Origin: Kofleriaceae bacterium | GTDB taxonomy: Bacteria > Myxococcota_A > Polyangia > Haliangiales > Haliangiaceae | Length of the DNA: 18,923 nt | Assembly (NCBI GenBank): GCA_046597055.1 | Contig: JBKJLC010000046.1 | Location: forward strand, 1 to 18,923 | Reading direction: 5' to 3' | Shown: one piece after another, positions 8,836 to 18,856 of the stretch | Numbering within the stretch: position 1 is the stretch's first letter | How the letters are laid out: each line of letters begins with the position of its first letter | Notes under the pieces: model-generated | Told to the model about the DNA's origin: nothing | Databases searched by the model: none | Seen by the model: only the letters and a program-made list of their open reading frames with translations | Made by a program: the position numbers and the translations under genes

Positions 8836-10461
8836 TCACTCCGAGCAGGTGGCGCAGGCGTCGTCGAGGCCGAGCCGGCCGTCGTCGCACGTCTCGTTGG
8901 CCTCGCGCACGCCGTTGCCGCAGCTGGCGCCAGGCGCGCCCGCGGTCGCGCCGCGCGAACTGCCGCCGGCGCTGCCGGGCCGTCCACCCGCGATGTCGAT
9001 CGTCACGCCGGTCGCGCTGCCGGTCGCGAGGATGATGCGGCCGCCGCCGCCGCCGCCGCCGCGCCCGAAGCTGTCGAGCGCGTCGCCGCCGTCGCCGCCG
9101 TTCGCGGTGAGCGCACAGCCGGTGATCGACTCCGCCCGGATCCACACCATGCCGCCGCCGCCGCCCCCGCCGGCACCGTCGATCCCCGCGTCGCCCGCGC
9201 TATCGGCATCGGCGCCGATGCTGCCGCCGTTCGTGCACGTGATCGCGCGCACCTGGATCCAGACGATGCCGCCGCCGTCGCCGCCGGCGCTGCCCGCGCC
9301 GGTGTCGTCCTCGCCGGCGCCGCCGCCGCCACCGAACGTGAGATGGGTGCGCGGGTCGACGTGGACCGGCGCGCCGCCGAGCCCGCCGACCAACTGGTTG
9401 TCGCGATCGTTGCCGCCGAGCCCACCCGCGGCCGCGCTGCCGCCGCCGCCGCCGCCGGCGTTGTGGCAGTTGCCGCCGCCCCCGCCGCTGTAGATGTTGC
9501 CGCGGCCCGACCCCGGATTGCCGGGCCCGAACCGCACCGCGACCAGGCTCTCGCCCTTGCGCGCGCCGCCGTCGGTGGCGACGGTGCCGTCGAGCGCCGC
9601 GCAGCCGGTGCGGTCCACTTGCTCCGCGCGCGGGCCGCCGCGGAAGCCGCGACCGTCGGCGTCGACGCTGCCGCCGTCGAGCACCAGCTCGTCGGCGAAC
9701 AAGCCGACCACGCCGCCGACGTGCGCGTTGTCCCAGGTCGCGGCGCGCAGCCGGCCACTGCCGGTGACGGTGACCCGGCGCAGCTGCGGCAGCTTGACCA
9801 CCTGGCTGACCTCGGGCGCGAACGCGACTGGCAGCGGGTCGGCGATCGTCATGGTCGTTGCGCCGCGCGCGACCACGCGTGAGACGTGATAGCGGCCGGG
9901 CTGGCTCGAGAGCACCAGCGGCGCGGGGCTCCCCGACGTGGGTGGATCGAGCGCCCCGGCCGGCTGGAACAGCATGACCTGGTCGCCGACCGTCACGTCA
10001 TGCACCCAGGTGCCGGCGTTCGGGTTCATCCGGATCGCGATGGACACGGTGGTGGCGCCAGCGGCGGCCGGGGTGGTGATCACCCCGTAGGTGTTGATGC
10101 GGAGATCGCTGTTGCCGGTCGTCAGATTGCCATCGCGCAGATCGCCGAACGGTGGCGGCGGGGGCGCGACGCCGTCGTCGGGCTCGGCGATCGAGGCATC
10201 GGTAACCAGCTCACCCGCGTCGGGCCCATCGCCGACACACTGTCCGGCCAGCGGACCGGTGGCTTCACCGTAGCGACGGCCGCCGGGGCAGTCGGCCGCG
10301 GGGAAGCTGCACGACCCGCCCGGCTCGCACACGCCATCGGCGCCGCACTGCGCGTCGAGGTCGCACTGATATGTGGTCGCGCGCAGGCAGCCACCGGCCA
10401 GCCCGAGGCCCCCCGCCAGCACGAACGCGCCGGTGACGCGTCGCATCGCGACCTGGAACAT
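8836..10461 (-). CDS. Gly-rich surface lipoprotein with AgmC N-terminal-like domain and a C-terminal myxobacterial Cys-rich repeat
   Basis: Lipoprotein signal RRVTGAFVLAGGLGLAGG|C, then a 6-Cys module. Next come RDGNLT..INTY, GDQVMLFQ, SQVVKLPQ, WDNAHVGGVV, GFRGG and KGE, plus repeated GGGGG-(I/M)(V/I)x(I/L) units, which by my recollection resemble the Myxococcus AgmC N-domain. It ends CGNGVREANETCDDG...CATCSE (DUF4215/myxo_disulf_rpt pattern). Alternative start 10446. Confidence 0.8.
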   Translation of the reverse strand: MFQVAMRRVTGAFVLAGGLGLAGGCLRATTYQCDLDAQCGADGVCEPGGSCSFPAADCPGGRRYGEATGPLAGQCVGDGPDAGELVTDASIAEPDDGVAPPPPPFGDLRDGNLTTGNSDLRINTYGVITTPAAAGATTVSIAIRMNPNAGTWVHDVTVGDQVMLFQPAGALDPPTSGSPAPLVLSSQPGRYHVSRVVARGATTMTIADPLPVAFAPEVSQVVKLPQLRRVTVTGSGRLRAATWDNAHVGGVVGLFADELVLDGGSVDADGRGFRGGPRAEQVDRTGCAALDGTVATDGGARKGESLVAVRFGPGNPGSGRGNIYSGGGGGNCHNAGGGGGGSAAAGGLGGNDRDNQLVGGLGGAPVHVDPRTHLTFGGGGGAGEDDTGAGSAGGDGGGIVWIQVRAITCTNGGSIGADADSAGDAGIDGAGGGGGGGMVWIRAESITGCALTANGGDGGDALDSFGRGGGGGGGRIILATGSATGVTIDIAGGRPGSAGGSSRGATAGAPGASCGNGVREANETCDDGRLGLDDACATCSE

Positions 10462-10472
10462 CGCGCTCGATA

Positions 10473-11993
10473 CTACCCGCGGTCCGACGCCGAGATCGCG
10501 GAATCGCCACCTGCCAGTGGGACCGTCAGCACGAAACGCGCGCCGCCGATCGGCGCCGGCGTGGCCGCGACCTCGAGCGTGCCGCCGTGCTCGAGCGCGA
10601 TCTTCTTGGCGATGGCAAGCCCGAGCCCGGTGCCGGTCGCCTTGGTCGTCACGTAGGGTTCGAAGACCCGCTCCCGCGCGTCGGCGCCGACGCCCTTGCC
10701 CTCGTCGTCGACGACGATCGTGGCATGGCTGCCCTGGGGCGTGGTCCACCACGCGACCTCGACCGCGCCAGGCCGGCCCGCTTCCTTGCCGGCCTGAACA
10801 CCGTTCTCCACGAGGTTCGCCAGCACGCGTTTGAGCAGCAACTTGTCCGCGCGGACCTCCACGCCTTCGGCGCCGGGGCCCGGGCGGATCACCAGACGTT
10901 CTCCGAGGGCCGGGTCGAGCCGGAGCTCCTCGACCACCTCCGACAGCAAGAGTGGCGCGGCCTCGACCCTGGGCAATTGACCGAGGGTCCGGAACGTATC
11001 GACCAGCCGCCGCAGCCCGGCGATCTCTTCTTCGACGATCTCGCCGGTGTCGGTGAGCAGCCGCCGGAACCGCGGGTCATCACCGCTGTAGGCCGAGACG
11101 CACTGCTGCACCGCCAGCTGGATCGGCGTGAGCGGATTCTTGATCTCGTGGGCGAGCCGGCGCGCGACGTCCTGCCAGGCGCCGATGCGCTGCAGGTACT
11201 CGATCTCGCCGCGCTGGCGGCCGAGGTCGTCGAGCATGGTGTCGAACGCGGCGCCGAGCTCGGCCATCTCGTCGCGGCCGCCGAGCTTGGCGCGCGCCGC
11301 GGCCTCGCCGCGCGACACCGCCCGCGCGACCTCGACCAGCGCCGCGATGCGCCGGGTGACCCGGCGGGCGGCGACCACGCCGAGCCCGACCACCGCCAGC
11401 GCGGCGCCGCCGACCAGGGCCAGGAAGGCCGTCCGGTAACCGGACGGAAGCGCGGTCCGGATGCGGGCCACCCGGCGCGAGGCGTCGAGCGCGAGCGCGA
11501 GCTCCTGGTAGTCGGTCTGGAGGTTGGTCAGCACCGGGAACCCGACCTCGATGACCGCGCCGGCACCGAGCGGGTGCTCGACCGAGCGGGTCCGGGTCCC
11601 GGCCGGCGCGGTCCGCTCGGCGCGCGCGACCTCGGCGCCGTCGGCGGCGCGGATCGCCAGGCGAGTCAACCCCGGCTCGGCGGTGAGCAGGCGCTCGAGC
11701 CCGGCCTGGTCGGCGGCCAGCACCGCGGGCGCGGCCGCCAGGCGGCGCGCGACCTCGGCGTACTGCAGCTTCTTGGCCTCGACCAGATCGCGATAGGTGA
11801 CCAGCGCCTTCTCCATCGCCAGGTCGCGGGCGGCGGCGTCGGACGCCGCGAAGTTGGCGGCGACCTTGCCCATCTGATCGATCAGGTACGCCGACGCCGC
11901 CAGCGGCGCGAGCACGACCACGAGCAGGATCGCGACCAGCTTGATCTGCAGGCTGACCAGGCGGCTGTGGAACTGCGCCTTGCGCGAGATCAT
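10473..11993 (-). CDS. Membrane sensor histidine kinase, NtrY-like (2 TM, HAMP, HisKA, HATPase), 506 aa
   Basis: TM LVAILLVVVLAPLAASAYLI and second TM AFLALVGGAALAVVGLGVV. HAMP DEMAELGAAFDTM; H-box AWQDVARRLAHEIKNPLTPIQL; N box NLVENG; G1 DDEGKG; F box VFEPY; G2 GTGLGL. The ATG overlaps the upstream TGA. Confidence 0.93.
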   Translation of the reverse strand: MISRKAQFHSRLVSLQIKLVAILLVVVLAPLAASAYLIDQMGKVAANFAASDAAARDLAMEKALVTYRDLVEAKKLQYAEVARRLAAAPAVLAADQAGLERLLTAEPGLTRLAIRAADGAEVARAERTAPAGTRTRSVEHPLGAGAVIEVGFPVLTNLQTDYQELALALDASRRVARIRTALPSGYRTAFLALVGGAALAVVGLGVVAARRVTRRIAALVEVARAVSRGEAAARAKLGGRDEMAELGAAFDTMLDDLGRQRGEIEYLQRIGAWQDVARRLAHEIKNPLTPIQLAVQQCVSAYSGDDPRFRRLLTDTGEIVEEEIAGLRRLVDTFRTLGQLPRVEAAPLLLSEVVEELRLDPALGERLVIRPGPGAEGVEVRADKLLLKRVLANLVENGVQAGKEAGRPGAVEVAWWTTPQGSHATIVVDDEGKGVGADARERVFEPYVTTKATGTGLGLAIAKKIALEHGGTLEVAATPAPIGGARFVLTVPLAGGDSAISASDRG

Positions 11994-12688
11994 TTCTTCC
12001 TCGAGCTCGGCGTCGCGGTGACGGGCCGGGCGCGCACGAACGGATCCGAGCGCAGGCGGATCACCCGGTCGGCGTCGGGAATCTTGAGGTTGACGAACAC
12101 CGACACGAACGAGCCGAAGAACGAGCCGCCGCGATCGAGCCCGCCGCCCGAGCCCTCGCTGAGCCAGCGGCGGACCTCGGCCAGCGTCTCCTGCGAGACC
12201 GGGTTGAGCTCGGCGACGATCGCGACCACGTACGGCGTGTCGCCGCCGAGGCCGTCGAGCTCGGCGACCGGGATCTGATCGAGCGCCGTCATCAGCTTCA
12301 GCGCCTCGGCCTTGAACTTCACCTTGTAGGTGCGGCGGCCGCCCGGGCTCGACAGGGCGATCTGGTAGACCTCGTCCCACAGGTCGTAGACGACCTGGCG
12401 GTGCAGCAGCTGGAAGGCGACCGGGCGGGGCTTGCCCTTGGGGTACAGCCACAGCCGGATCACCACCGTCGACTCGAGGCCGTTGCCGAGCCGCTCGAAG
12501 GCACCCGAATCGAAGACGCTGCCGACCGTGGTGGTGACCAGCAGCGACTTGCCGCGCTCGATCAGCTTGATGTCGGGCCGCGGCGGCTCGTCGGCGCGGG
12601 CGGCGGTCACGCCGAGCCCGAGCCCGACGACCAGCGCGAGCCCGACCCCGGTCGCGGCGCGACCGGGCGCCGCGGCCGTGGTCACCAT
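11990..12688 (-). CDS. Exported DUF4390-like (NtrZ-like) protein, 232 aa
   Basis: Signal peptide ending AARA|D. The segment RLGNGLESTVVIRLWLY...VVYDLWDEVYQI and the position directly upstream of an NtrY-like kinase fit DUF4390. The start overlaps the end of the upstream gene (ATGGTGA). Confidence 0.7.
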   Translation of the reverse strand: MVTTAAAPGRAATGVGLALVVGLGLGVTAARADEPPRPDIKLIERGKSLLVTTTVGSVFDSGAFERLGNGLESTVVIRLWLYPKGKPRPVAFQLLHRQVVYDLWDEVYQIALSSPGGRRTYKVKFKAEALKLMTALDQIPVAELDGLGGDTPYVVAIVAELNPVSQETLAEVRRWLSEGSGGGLDRGGSFFGSFVSVFVNLKIPDADRVIRLRSDPFVRARPVTATPSSRKK

Positions 12689-14280
12689 CGCGGCACCCGG
12701 CCCAGCGCGTTCGCGATCGTGATCTCGAAGACGCCGAGCTCGGTGTCGATGCGCAGGCCGGCGTCGAGGACCAGGTCGATCGGGAGGGCGTCCCAGGCCG
12801 AGCCGGCGCGGGTGCGCAGCTGATCGTCGGTGGCCAGGCCCCACACGCCGCCGGCGATGAACAGATCGCCGCCGTAGATCGAGCGCGGCCGCCGGAACCA
12901 GCGGTACGCCCACTCGGCGATCAGGTTGCCGCCGAGCTCGCCGTAGACGACCTCGGCGTTGCGGGTGCCGAGGAAGTCGGGCGGCACCGCGGTCGCCACC
13001 GTCATGCCCATCACGCGCGGCGTGAGCAGGCGGTTGACGTCGGCGACGTGGATGCGATCGAAGCGGGGCGCGCTGCCGAGCACGACGCCACCGGCGATCC
13101 GCAGCCCGACGGTGTGGCGCGCGCGCACCGCCCACCAGCGCTCGTAGCGCCCGAGGAGCGAGCTGTAGTCGTAGCTGCCGCCGAGCAGCGTGCTGCCGAG
13201 CTCGACCCGGGCCTGGACCCGGCTGCCGGCGTGGGCCAGCACCGGATCGTCGCGGGTGTCGCGATCGAAGCCGAGGCCGATCGACACCACCCGGCTCGAG
13301 CCCCGGCGCAGCCCGAGGTCGGTCGCGACCACCCGGCCGTCGGGCAAGGTGCGGGTCGGCGCGACCGGCACGTCGGCGTCGATGCCCTCGACCCGCAGCT
13401 CGGCGGTGAGGCCCGTGGTCGGGCGCACGTCGAAGCGCGCGCCGACCCGGGCCGCGAGGCGCCGGTACGAAAAGGCGCGGAAGTCGTCGAGCCGGCTTTC
13501 GTCGGGATCACCGCCGACCCGGTACGGCTCGCTGCCGTGCTGGCCGGTCAGCGCGCCGTAGCCGCCCCAGCGGGTGCCGGCGATCCCGGCGGCGCCGAGC
13601 CGCAGCTCGCCGCCCCACTGGTCGCGCGCGCCGGTGACCCCGCCGTGATCGGCGAACACCAGGCCGCCGCCGATCGACAGGCCGGTGCCGAGCAGGTTGC
13701 GCTCGGTGAGATCGGCGCCGAGCCACCACGGCGCCAGTCCGCTCGACCCGAACCACAGGCGGTTGAGGCCGATCGTGCCGCGCTCGACGACGGTGACGGT
13801 CAGGACCACCCGGCCGCGCGCCGAGCCCTTGCGGAGCGCGAGGGTGACGTCGCGGAAGTAGCCGAGCGCGAGCACCTTGAAGCGCGCGATCTTGAGCCGC
13901 GGATCGCCGGCGCGCAGGACCTCGCCCTGGAGCAGTGGCAGCGCGCGCAGGATCACGCGCTCGGCGGTGGTGCGGTTGCCGACCACCACGATGTCCTCGA
14001 GGACGATCATCGGGCCAAACTGCGGGTCGACGTCGCCGAGCGCCTCGCTGGCGGCGACCTCGGGATCGACGGCCGACGGATCGGTCGGCACGGGCGCGGT
14101 CGGGGGACCGTCCGGGGTCGGCGTGGTCGGGTCCGCGGGCGGCGGATCCGCCGGGTCCGCGGGCGGCCCCTCCGCCGGTGTCACCGGTGCCGGCGGTGCC
14201 GGTTGGGCCGCTGCGAGCGGGATCGCCACCGCGAGCAGCGCGATGGACATCGCAGCGCGCGACGCGGGCCCGGGAGTCAT
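12682..14280 (-). CDS. Omp85/BamA-TamA-family outer membrane protein with one POTRA domain
   Basis: Signal peptide (IALLAVAIPLAAA|Q) and Pro-rich linker. POTRA pattern IVVVGNRTTAERVILRAL...LGYFRDV...LTVTVVERG, then ERNLLGTG, FDRDTRDDP and amphipathic beta-strands. Alternative start 14250. Confidence 0.8.
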   Translation of the reverse strand: MTPGPASRAAMSIALLAVAIPLAAAQPAPPAPVTPAEGPPADPADPPPADPTTPTPDGPPTAPVPTDPSAVDPEVAASEALGDVDPQFGPMIVLEDIVVVGNRTTAERVILRALPLLQGEVLRAGDPRLKIARFKVLALGYFRDVTLALRKGSARGRVVLTVTVVERGTIGLNRLWFGSSGLAPWWLGADLTERNLLGTGLSIGGGLVFADHGGVTGARDQWGGELRLGAAGIAGTRWGGYGALTGQHGSEPYRVGGDPDESRLDDFRAFSYRRLAARVGARFDVRPTTGLTAELRVEGIDADVPVAPTRTLPDGRVVATDLGLRRGSSRVVSIGLGFDRDTRDDPVLAHAGSRVQARVELGSTLLGGSYDYSSLLGRYERWWAVRARHTVGLRIAGGVVLGSAPRFDRIHVADVNRLLTPRVMGMTVATAVPPDFLGTRNAEVVYGELGGNLIAEWAYRWFRRPRSIYGGDLFIAGGVWGLATDDQLRTRAGSAWDALPIDLVLDAGLRIDTELGVFEITIANALGRVPRW

Positions 14281-14332
14281 CACCGTCACGGTAACGCGAG
14301 CGACCCCCCGCCGCACGTCGTAGGATGCCCGG
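14281..14332. promoter_or_regulatory. 52-bp divergent intergenic region with back-to-back -10 elements
   Basis: Minus-strand TACCGT (14293-14288) is 7 nt before ATG 14280. Plus-strand TAGGAT (14321-14326) is 6 nt before ATG 14333. Confidence 0.45.
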
Positions 14333-14779
14333 ATGCCCCGTCTTTGCCAGCCCGGTGTGATCGCGGCGACGGTCGCGCTGGCCCTGGCGGCGTGCAACGA
14401 CCTCCGCGACTTCCGCGGCGGCTGGGAGGGGCCAAGGGTCGGCGACACCCCGGCCCTGCGGGTCGGGATCGACGGCGCCGCGCGCGCGCAGCTCGCGATC
14501 GCCAGCCTCGACCCGCACGGGCTCACCGGCAGCCTCTCGATCGACGGCCTGGTCACCACCGCCGCGCTGGCCCCGCTCGCCGGCGCCGAGGCCGACGCGC
14601 TGGCTGGCCTCACCTTCGACGGCGGCCCGCTGCGGACCTATCTCGCGTTCGTGCCGACCACCGACGGCGGCGGCGACGTGCTCGCGGTGGTCGCGCTCTA
14701 CGACGACGAGCGGATCGAGGTCCGGCTGCTGCGCGGGGGCGGTCAGCCGGTCTACGCCATCTTCGATCTCCGCCGCTGA
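14333..14779 (+). CDS. Hypothetical lipoprotein (148 aa), beta-strand rich
   Basis: Lipobox VALALAA|C; GC-rich third codon positions; fills the gap between two recognisable genes. Confidence 0.75.
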   Translation: MPRLCQPGVIAATVALALAACNDLRDFRGGWEGPRVGDTPALRVGIDGAARAQLAIASLDPHGLTGSLSIDGLVTTAALAPLAGAEADALAGLTFDGGPLRTYLAFVPTTDGGGDVLAVVALYDDERIEVRLLRGGGQPVYAIFDLRR

Positions 14780-14781
14780 CG

Positions 14782-14817
14782 TATACTTCGCGGACGTTGC
14801 CGGCCATGGTCCGAGGT
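14782..14817 (+). promoter_or_regulatory. Candidate -10 (TATACT) and SD (GAGGT) for the zinc-ribbon kinase
   Basis: TATACT at 14782-14787. GAGGT at 14813-14817 lies 5 nt before GTG 14823. Confidence 0.4.
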
Positions 14818-14822
14818 CTTCC

Positions 14823-16765
<1,943 letters not shown>

Positions 16766-16769
<4 letters not shown>

Positions 16770-17467
16770 CCGGGCGACTCGCGGTCGCGCTGGCCGTGCT
16801 GGCCGCGACCAGCGCGCCGGCGCTCGCGCAGGAGCGCGGCGCGGACGTGGCGGCGGCGTCGAACCTGCCGTGTGACGACGCGCGCGACGCCCGCATCCGC
16901 GCGCACCTCGAGCGCGAGCGCCGGGCCGCGCGCCGGTGGAACCTGGCGTGGGGCGTCGGCTACGGCGTGGTGGCCGCGGCGCAGGCCGGCATGGCCGCCG
17001 CCGAGTGGGCGCCGTTCACGGAGGTCGACACCACCTTCGAGACCAGCCTGTGGGTCGGCGCCGGCAAGGCGACGATCGGCCTGGTGTCGCGCATCATCCT
17101 CCCGCTGCGGGCGGCGCAGCCGGGACCGGTCGACCCGGCCGACCCGTGCGGCTCGCTGGCCGCGGCCGAGCGCGCGCTCGCGATCACCGCGGGCAACCAG
17201 CGCAAGAGCGTGCTGCTCAACGCGGGCGGCGGCGTCCTGGTCAACGTCGCCGGTGGCGTGTACCTCGGGCTGGCTACCGATGACTGGACCACCGCGGGCG
17301 TGTCGGCGGGCATGGGCATCGCGGTCACGATCGTCAACGTGCTCACCCATCCCCGTCGCAGCTGGCGGCGCGGCGTGCCGGAGGATGCGGGCGCGCCGCG
17401 GGTGACCTGGTCGCCGGTGTTCGTGCCCGGCGCGCGGACCCTGGTCGGCGTCGCCGGCGCGTTCTAG
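16766..17467 (+). CDS. Hypothetical exported or membrane protein (233 aa)
   Basis: GTG overlaps the kinase TGA. It has a signal peptide ending ALA|Q, several Gly/Ala-rich hydrophobic helices, and the C-terminus RVTWSPVFVPGARTLVGVAGAF. Confidence 0.72.
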
Positions 17468-17491
17468 CGTCGTTTCAGCTACGCTTCGGGC

Positions 17492-18592
17492 ATGTCGCAC
17501 GAAGCCCAGGCCGCGATCCGACTCACCCAGTTCGCGCGCGGCGGTGGTTGAGCCGCCAAGCTCCGGCTGCCGGACCTGGTCCAGGTCCTCGATCACGCGT
17601 CCGCGACTGGCGCCGACAGCCGCGACGGGACCGGTGCGTCCGGCGTCTTCGTCGATCACGCGCACAAGGACGACGCCGCGGTCGTGGCCGGCCCGACCCC
17701 GGGCCAGGGCCTGGTCCTGACCGCCGACGTGATCGCGCCCCTGGTCGACGACCCCGAGACGTTCGGCGCGATCGCCGCGGCCAACGCGATCTCCGACGTG
17801 TACGCGATGGGCGGCGTGCCGCGGTTCGCGCTCAACCTGGCGTTCTTTCCGGACGACCAGCTCGGCCTCGACGTGCTCGCCGCGATCCAGGCCGGCGCGG
17901 CCCGGATCTGCGCGAGCGCCGGCGTGCGCGTCGTCGGCGGTCACACCGTCCGCGATCCCGAGGTGAAGTTCGGGCTGTCGGTCACCGGCGAGGTCGGGCT
18001 CGGCGAGGTCTGGTCCAACCGGCGCGCGGTCGCGGGCCAGGCGCTGGTGCTCACCAAGGCGCTCGGCACCGGCATCCTGGGCCAGGCGATCAAGGTGGGC
18101 GCGGCCAGCGAGGCGGAGATCGCGGCCGCGGTGACCTCGATGACCACGCTCAACCGCGGCGCGATGGAGGTCGGCCGGCGCCACGGCGTCACCGCGGCCA
18201 CCGACATCACCGGCTTCGGCCTGGCCGGCCATCTGCGCAACCTGCTGCGCGGCTCGCGGCTGTCGGCGACCCTGACGGCGTCGGCGCTGCCGGTGTTGCC
18301 GGGGGTGCGGGCCCACCTCGCCGCCGGGCGGGTGCCGGGCGGCAGCAAGTCGAACCGCGGGTACCTCGCCGCGATGATCGACGACCGCGGTGACGAGGGC
18401 CTGCGCGACGAGCTCCTCACGCTGGTCTGCGATGCCCAGACCAGCGGCGGCCTGCTGCTGTGCGTGCCGGCCAGCGCCGCCGACCTCGTGGTCGTCGCGC
18501 TGCAGGCGCAGGGGTTGCCGGCGGCCGTGATCGGCGCGCTGCGCGAGCGCGCGGCCGACGAGCCTGACGGCGTGATCGTCATCGAGCCCTGA
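17492..18592 (+). CDS. selD: Selenide,water dikinase (selenophosphate synthetase), selenocysteine-containing (UGA at 17549-17551 = Sec20)
   Basis: ATG 17492 gives MSHEAQAAIRLTQFARGGG-TGA-AAKL, which continues in frame into DDAAV, FGAIAAANAISDVYAMGG, GGHT, TDITGFGLAGHL and DAQTSGGLL. RLTQ..GGGUAAK matches the SelD C/U-x-x-K active site (E. coli Cys17/Lys20). Confidence 0.93.
17562..17588 (+). promoter_or_regulatory. Candidate bacterial SECIS element
   Basis: GGACCTG-GTC-CAGGTCC (17572-17588) is a perfect 7-bp stem whose loop starts GU, 27 nt after the UGA. An overlapping alternative stem is TCCGG-ctg-CCGGA (17562-17574). Confidence 0.55.
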
Positions 18593-18643
18593 GGCCGGTA
18601 GCGATCAGAAGGCGCCAACGATCCGGAGCGAACAGTTTCCGTC

Positions 18644-18856
18644 CGTCCCGAGCGCAGCGCGAGCGGTAGCGAGCTCGCAGTCGAAGGACGCCCGTCGGGA
18701 TCCAGCACAAGTTCCGGTGGCCCTGAGCCAGGGCTCGCGCAGCGAGCCCGCCGCCTCCGGGCGGACCGTCGAAGATCACGGGCTGCACCTTGCCGCTCTG
18801 CCCTCTGCCGGGTGCCCTTCGACTCCTGTCGCTTGGCGACCGGCTGCGCCCAGGTC
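18644..18856. repeat. Second cluster of the same palindromic repeat family, downstream of selD
   Basis: Unit CGTCCCGAGC...GTCGAAGGACG at 18644-18690. A further copy of the long unit at 18698-18809 (GGATCC..TTCCGGTGGCCCTGAGCCAGGGCTCGCGCAGCGAGCCCGCCGCCTCCGGGC..CCGTCGAAGATCACG..GCACCTTG.CGCTCTGCCCTCTGCC). An inverted unit GCCCTTCGAC...GCCCAGG at 18814-18856. Confidence 0.85.

Noticed and set aside
9040..9490. (GCC)n microsatellites, and the (GGCACC)n tract near 16191-16215, as phase-variation sites
   Set aside because: They are in-frame trinucleotide or hexanucleotide repeats encoding poly-Gly and Gly-Thr linkers.
17492..17683. selD as a nonsense pseudogene, or starting at 17684
   Set aside because: The single TGA falls exactly on the catalytic C/U-x-x-K position, and both flanks are intact and in frame. 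A 17684 start would remove the active-site loop and most of the DDAAV motif.
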